From positions 31,496,001 through 31,560,000 of the forward strand of contig OZ360232.1 in NCBI GenBank assembly GCA_977017645.1: a stretch of 64,000 nucleotides of DNA, given 5' to 3'. Shown piece after piece: positions 58,401 to 64,000 of this stretch (position 1 is the first letter of the stretch; every line of letters begins with the position of its first letter). The notes below the pieces were generated by a model. The model made no database searches. It saw nothing but the letters and a program-made list of their open reading frames with translations, and had not been told where the DNA came from. The stretch comes from Torpedo marmorata (lineage: Eukaryota). A program made the translations under genes and the position numbers.

Positions 58401-60654
58401 AGAAGGAAAAGGATTGGGATGAGGGGGTTCATTTGTTGTTATTTGCAGCGAGGGAGTCTGTCCAAGAATCATTTGGTTTTAGTCCATTCGAGTTAGTTTC
58501 GGACATGAGGTGAGAGGTCCTCTAATGTTATTAAAAGAACAGTGGATTAATAGTGATGTGCATTTAAATCTGTTAGATTATGTTTCCAAATTTAAGGAAC
58601 GGTTGCATAAGGCTTGTGAGATGGCAAAGGAGACTTTAAAGGCCACTCAACAGAGAATGAAGGTTTGGTATGATCGAAAGGCCAAGATGAGAACTTTTAA
58701 ACCTGGTGAGAACGTATTAGTCTTGTTTCCCATCCATTCAAATCCTCTTAGGGCTAGATTTTCAGGACCCTATAGAGTTAAGGCAAAAATTAATGAGGTC
58801 ACCTATGTCATAAAAAAATCTAATCACAGACGAGACACACAGGTCTGTCATGTGAATAAGATTAAGCCATATTTTGAACAGGTGCCACACAAAGAGACTG
58901 AACATTTACCAAAGGTGTTGGTTAATGACCGGGGTAAGGAGAAGGCAAATAAAACCAGTTTCAGAGAGGGTCATGGGACTGTTAATTCTCTGGGTTATGT
59001 AGTAGAACAGGGGCAGTTGGCGCCAGTAGAGGCAAAGGTTGTGACTATTTCCGAGTTCCCTGTTCCAACTGGTAAGAAAACTCTGAGGAGGTTCCTGGGA
59101 ATGATTGGCTACTACCGCAAGTTCTGTAAAAACTTTGCAGATCTTGCGCTCCCTCTCACAAATTTGCTTAGAAAGGGAGAAAAATTTGTATGGTCGACAG
59201 GTTGTCAGGAAGCATTTTTATCAAATTGAAAGCCATGTTATGCCTCCAACCTGTGCTTAAGTCACCTGATTTAGAACAGCCGTTTTCTTTAGCCGTGGAT
59301 GCCAGCGATGAACGAAGAGGACATTGACCATCCGGTATCCTACTTCTCGAAGAAGTTCAATGGTCATCAAAGGAATTATTCAACCATAGAAAAGAGTTGT
59401 TAGCTCTTGTGTTGGCTCTACAATACTTTGATGTGTATATCTGTACAGCTCAAAAACCACTCATAGTGTATACTGACCATAATCCATTGGTTTTTCTTTG
59501 TAAAATGAAAAATAAGAATCGACGGTTGTTGAATTGGAGTATAATTTTGCAAGAATATGATTTAATAATAACACATATAAAAGGGAAAGATAATGTAATC
59601 GCTGATTGTCTTTCTAGATGCTAAACATTATAAATGAAAATAGTTCATATTTTGTGTTTGTAGATGAACATTGTGGGTTTTGTGTATATTGTGACACCTC
59701 AATTAATTTCCAAAATTTTGTTCTTGCAGACCAAAACTTTCTTTGTGGGTGGGAGGTGTTATGGACCATGACTGACCATTTGGACTGCGGACGGTCAGCA
59801 GGAAGGATGAAGTCTTTTGGAGTACACACTGGGACTGGTACTGAGTTAACTTGCCCAGGACTTCTTGTACTCACAGAGACAGAGACACCAGAGAGAGACA
59901 GACTGTGGAGAGATACTTTGTTGCACTATTGCAAAAGCAGGAACAAACCTCTGCAAAAAGCATTCAGTTTGGAGTTGCAAAGGCTGGAGAACACAGCAAA
60001 ATCCAGGCTTGTGCATCCCAGGGGAAAAGGCTGGGAGAATAGCACATGGCCTCCTGTCTCAGCAAAATCCTGAGTTAAAACCACTTTTGTGAAGAACAGG
60101 TGTGAGATCAGCGAGACCGGCTGTGAGATCCAAGTACACGCCTCAATCAGTGGTATACTGATTTGGAGTCGCAATCCTCGTGAATCTACCAAAAGGGAAA
60201 GTCATCAGAGAAGAAAAGCAGGCCAAGCATTTGTAAGCTTAAACAGTCATTGTCTCTCTCTCCAACGTTCATTAAGAAGTCCATCTTGCCAGCACACAGA
60301 GCTGAATTTGGACCCTGAACATAGAGAGTGAATTTTTGTGGACTGTATTTTTGGGACTGTCTTATTTTTATGACTGACCTGGGGGTTTTGTGGAAGGTTT
60401 TCCATTTTTACATGAGGGTTGGGCACAGACTGTAATGGTCTGGGCTTTACACACACACTCTTTAGATAAGAATAGTGTTTATAGACGTTTATAGTGGGGT
60501 TAATTGTTCAGAATCAGAATTTATTGTCATGAACAAGTCATGAAATTCGGTGCTTTGTGAAATTATATGTTTAATTGTCTTTAATAAATATAAATTTCAA
60601 TTTTACCCCCTTTTGCATTGCGTCTTCTGTCGTTGCTGGTTTGAATTTGTAACA
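54733..60654 (+). mobile_element. Gmr1-type Gypsy element copy 2 (defective: RT core deleted, frameshifted)
   Basis: LTRs at 54733-55593 and 59757-60654, degenerate tRNA-Pro PBS tgggagctcgtc and PPT gggtgggagg. Gag has a SCAN-like capsid (YELVPEAYRQKF...QLRELIIIEE...KLADEYALTH) and CCHC CHYCRKAGHMLASC. PR, then IN upstream of the RT remnant and RNase H. Confidence 0.93.
60508..60557 (-). mobile_element. About 50-bp Rex1/Babar LINE tail inserted in the 3' LTR of Gmr1-type copy 2
   Basis: tcagaatcagaatttattgtcatgaacaagtcatgaaattcggtg is the reverse complement of the LINE end at about 44456-44500. It is absent from the other three LTRs. Confidence 0.93.
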
Positions 60655-61109
60655 GGGCACCAATGCAGCAGCCGACATAGGGTTCCACCGCATCTACTAA
60701 CACAGGGCACCAATGCAGCAGACTAACACAGGCCAGAAACCTGACATAGGACATGGATGCAGTCATGTGACACAGAGTGCCAATGCATTAGCCAGACACA
60801 GGGCACGTGGGGATTTCTCATCCTCTCTGTCATCCCTACCCCCACCACTCCATCAGCCTGGGATCCTGCCATGCATCAGCCCACATGAAGCTGCTCTGAC
60901 AGGCAGACAGATCTAGTCTGTGCCCCCAGCCCAGACCACGGGGTAAGTGGACCAGTGGAATTGAACCCTGACAGCCCGATCAGAGCAAAACGCACCGGCT
61001 GGAGAGAGGATGGCAGCAGGACGAGCAACAAGCATCAAATGATCACAGTCGGCAGCAGACGCACAGTGGGGCCAACTCTGGACCCCACACCCTGGCTCGG
61101 ACAGTGTCG

Positions 61110-62430
61110 AGGGAGCTCACCACAGTGGGAGGGGCGGTACTGAGGAAGGTCCCCACAGTGGGAGGGGCAGTACTGAGGGAGCTCCCCACTGTGGGAGGGG
61201 TGGTACTGAGGGAGCTCCCCACTGTGGGAGGGGCAGTACTGAGGGATCTCCCCACAGTGGGATGGGCAGTACTGAGGAAGCTCCCCACAGTGGGAGGGGC
61301 GGTACTGAGGGAGCTCCCCACTGTGGGAGGGGCGGTACTGAGGGAGCTCCCCACTGTGGGAGGGGCGGTACTGAGGGAGCTCCCCACTGTGGGAGGGGCG
61401 GTACTGAAGGAGCTCCCCGCTGTGGGAGGTGCGATACTGAGGGAGCTCCCCACTGTGGGAGGGATACTGAGGGAGCTCCCCACTGTGGGAGGGGCAGTAC
61501 TGAGGTAGCTACCCGCTGTGGGAGGGGCGGTACTGAGAGAGCTCCCCACTGTGGGATGGGCAGTACTGAGGGAGCTCCTCACTGTGGGAGGGGCAGTACT
61601 GAGGGAGCTCCTCACTGTGGGAGGGACAGTACTGAGGGAGCTCCCTGCTGTGGGAGGGGGCAGTACTGAGGGAGCTTCCCACTGTGGGAGGGGTAATGAG
61701 GGAGCTCCCCACTGTGGGAGGGGTACTGAGGGAGCTCCCCACTGTGGGAGGGGTACCAAGGGAGCTCCCCACTGTGGGAGGGGAAGTGAGGGAGCTCCTC
61801 AGTGTGGGAGGGGCAGTGAGGGAGCTCCCCACTGTGGGAGGGGCAGTACTGAGGGAGCTCCCTGCTGTGGGAGGGGGCAGTACTGAGGGAGCTTCCCACT
61901 GTGGGAGAGGTAATGAGGGAGCTCCCCACTGTGGGAGGGGTACTGAGGGAGCTCCCCACTGTGGGAGGGGTACCAAGGGAGCTCCACACTGTGGGAGGGG
62001 AAGTGAGGGAGCTCCTTAGTGTGGGAGGGACAGTGAGGGAGCTCCCCGCTGTGGGAGGGGAAGTGAGGGAGCTCCTTAGTGTGGGAGGGGCAGTGAGGGA
62101 GCTCCCCACTGTGGGAGGGGAAGTGAGGGAGCTCCTTAGTGTGGGAGGGGCAGTGAGGGAGCTCCCCACTGTGGGAGGGGCAGTGAGGGAGCTCCTCAGT
62201 GTGGGAGGGGCAGTGAGGGAGCTCCCCACTGTGGGAGGGGCAGTGAGGGAGCTCCTCAGTGTGGGAGGGGCAGTGAGGGAGCTCCCCACTGTGGGAGGGG
62301 CAGTGAGAGAGCTCCCCACTGTGGGAGGGTCAATGAGGGAGCTCCCCACTGTGGAGGGGCAGTAAGGGAGCTCCCCACTGTGGGATGGTACTGAGGGAGC
62401 TCCCCACTGTGGGAGGGGCGTTATTGAGGG
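61110..62430. repeat. 30-34-bp minisatellite (gtactgagggagctccccactgtgggagggg..)
   Basis: Direct observation. The unit drifts from about 33 to 30 bp along the array. Confidence 0.96.
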
Positions 62431-62789
62431 AACACTTGCGTTAAGGATTAGTGTGAGTTTTGCTGAAATTTAAAATCCTTTAAATACCTTTCTACTTCTT
62501 TCCTGTCACTCTCTTCTGGGTACACCTGCAGAGATTAGTCAGTGGGACGGGTACGTCGATAGGAGAGGTTAGAGGGATAAACACAGGAAATGGAATCAGC
62601 TTGGGTGGTAACTTGGGCAGCATGGGTGTGTGGGGCAGAAGGGCCTGTTTGCGTGCTGTACAGCGGCATCTCGGTGCCTGGGTCCGACAACGAACCCTCT
62701 GCATCATCTCTGCCTCTGCTGTATACCGGCCCCAGGTAGCCCTCTGCTGCTATCTGCTGGGCATTGGTCGCTGACAAACCAGGCCTCAC

Positions 62790-63070
62790 CATCCCACCAA
62801 TATTCCCAGCATTCTGCCAACATTCCCACACCACTGACATCCCACACCACTGACATTCCCACCCCGCCGACATTCCTAGCATCCTGCCGACATTCCCACC
62901 CTGCCGACATTCCCACCCTATCGACATTCCCACTCCATCGACATTCCCATCTCACCAACATTCCCAAGAATCTGCCGACATCCCCAACATCCCATTGAGA
63001 TCCCGATCTTTCAGATATTCCCAACGTCTCATCGATGTTCCCAACGTTGCATCGACTTCCCACCTTCCCA
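62790..63070. repeat. Degenerate ~19-bp repeat (ccgacattcccacc..)
   Basis: Direct observation. Confidence 0.8.
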
Positions 63071-64000
63071 CTGAAATGAGTACGTGACTACGTTGGAAAA
63101 GGTGCAGAAATGACTCACTGGGATGTTCTTCCTTCAGTCAGCACGTGTCCAATCACGCACCACCTTCCTCCATCACCCCTCTGCTGCATTGCTTTATGTC
63201 CTGTGTGATCCCTGCCTCCTCACTCATCCCAACTCCCATCACTCCCACGCTTGTGATCGGATCCTGATCTCCAGAATCCCCCTCTAACCCTTCCCCTCTC
63301 AAATCCTTCAAACCATTCTTTTTGCCAAATCGCCCTGTGACCTGAAGTCAACGTTTGGTTGGTCAGGTGAGTTGGGACACTTTCCACCTTGTGTGTGTTC
63401 GCAAGCAGGTCCTGCTGGGACCTGCCCTCGTTCTCTGGATTAGGGAGTCCTGAATCTCTGTGGGAGCAGATGGCTTGATTTCACCAGAGGCTCCAGGTAA
63501 GGATGGCCTTGGGAGGCCAGCGTTTTCGTTTACCCAGGAAGGTCTATTGGGAGCAATCTCTCCGTGACCACCCCTTACCCTGCCAACACTCCCTGCTCTC
63601 TCAGCAATGGCTTGGGAGGTGGGGTTGGTTCAGGATGGCTGAAGGGAACTATGGCCCCTGCCCCATGCACTCCCCATATCCCCGTTCACACGCTAGCCCT
63701 CTCTGACCAAACGCTAACCAGATGCTGAGGACCTTGGTCCCAGTCCTGGTGAGGCGTGGTCTCTCCGGTTGGCCGAGCTCCCATGTCTGAGGAAGCAAGC
63801 GGGATCTGGTCAACTCCAGGTCAACGCACGAAGGCCGACAGAAACCTGGCGGAGGGAGGTGGCATGAGGAAGGGGTTCTTGAAGGTGACCCCACTCGCGG
63901 GAGGGAAGAGGCAAAGAGCAGAAACACCGCTAGAGTGGTGGAAGGGGGCGGAGGGGGGGAACGGGCAGGGGGGGAACGGGCAGGGAGGGAATGGACAGGG

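Noticed and set aside
54729-60660. Missing TSD for Gmr1-type copy 2 as evidence of a rearrangement
   Set aside because: The same tandem repeat continues on both sides. A short ACA-microhomology deletion at the right end explains the loss more simply.
61043-62365. Mucin-like Ser/Thr/Pro ORFs
   Set aside because: They are minisatellite translations, with no signal peptide, splice context or unique domains.

Overview
This is eukaryotic, repeat-saturated genomic DNA. The CR1, Rex1/Babar, Penelope and SINE families suggest a cartilaginous fish such as a ray or shark (inference). No intact host gene is evident, and there is a 424-N assembly gap at 6044-6467. The window is a stack of nested retroelements with five main components. 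(1) A 7.5-kb BEL/Pao LTR element (18864-26350, 5-bp TSD ATCCC) has an N-terminal SAP domain on Gag. Its RT/RNaseH/integrase core is replaced by an intronless, in-frame coiled-coil segment that I recognise as resembling the vertebrate host protein MIPOL1, i.e. an apparent retrovirus-style host-gene transduction. A 5'-truncated L1 later inserted into it in frame, creating a 1311-aa BEL/MIPOL1-like/L1 chimeric ORF. (2) An intact, very young Gypsy element (33580-38116) has identical 251-bp LTRs and a 1300-aa gag-pol, with a solo LTR of the same family at 11623-11873. (3) Both the Gypsy and the BEL element lack a tRNA primer-binding site (PBS) and instead carry a PBS complementary to their own LTR (candidate self-priming). 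(4) Two inverted, RT-deleted Gmr1-type elements (integrase before RT, SCAN-like Gag, tRNA-Pro PBS) flank a 4-kb spacer. (5) The rest is many CR1, Rex1/Babar and Penelope fragments, hammerhead-like motifs and several minisatellites, one visibly born from CR1 coding sequence. Protein-family calls come from motif recognition and recall, not from database searches.
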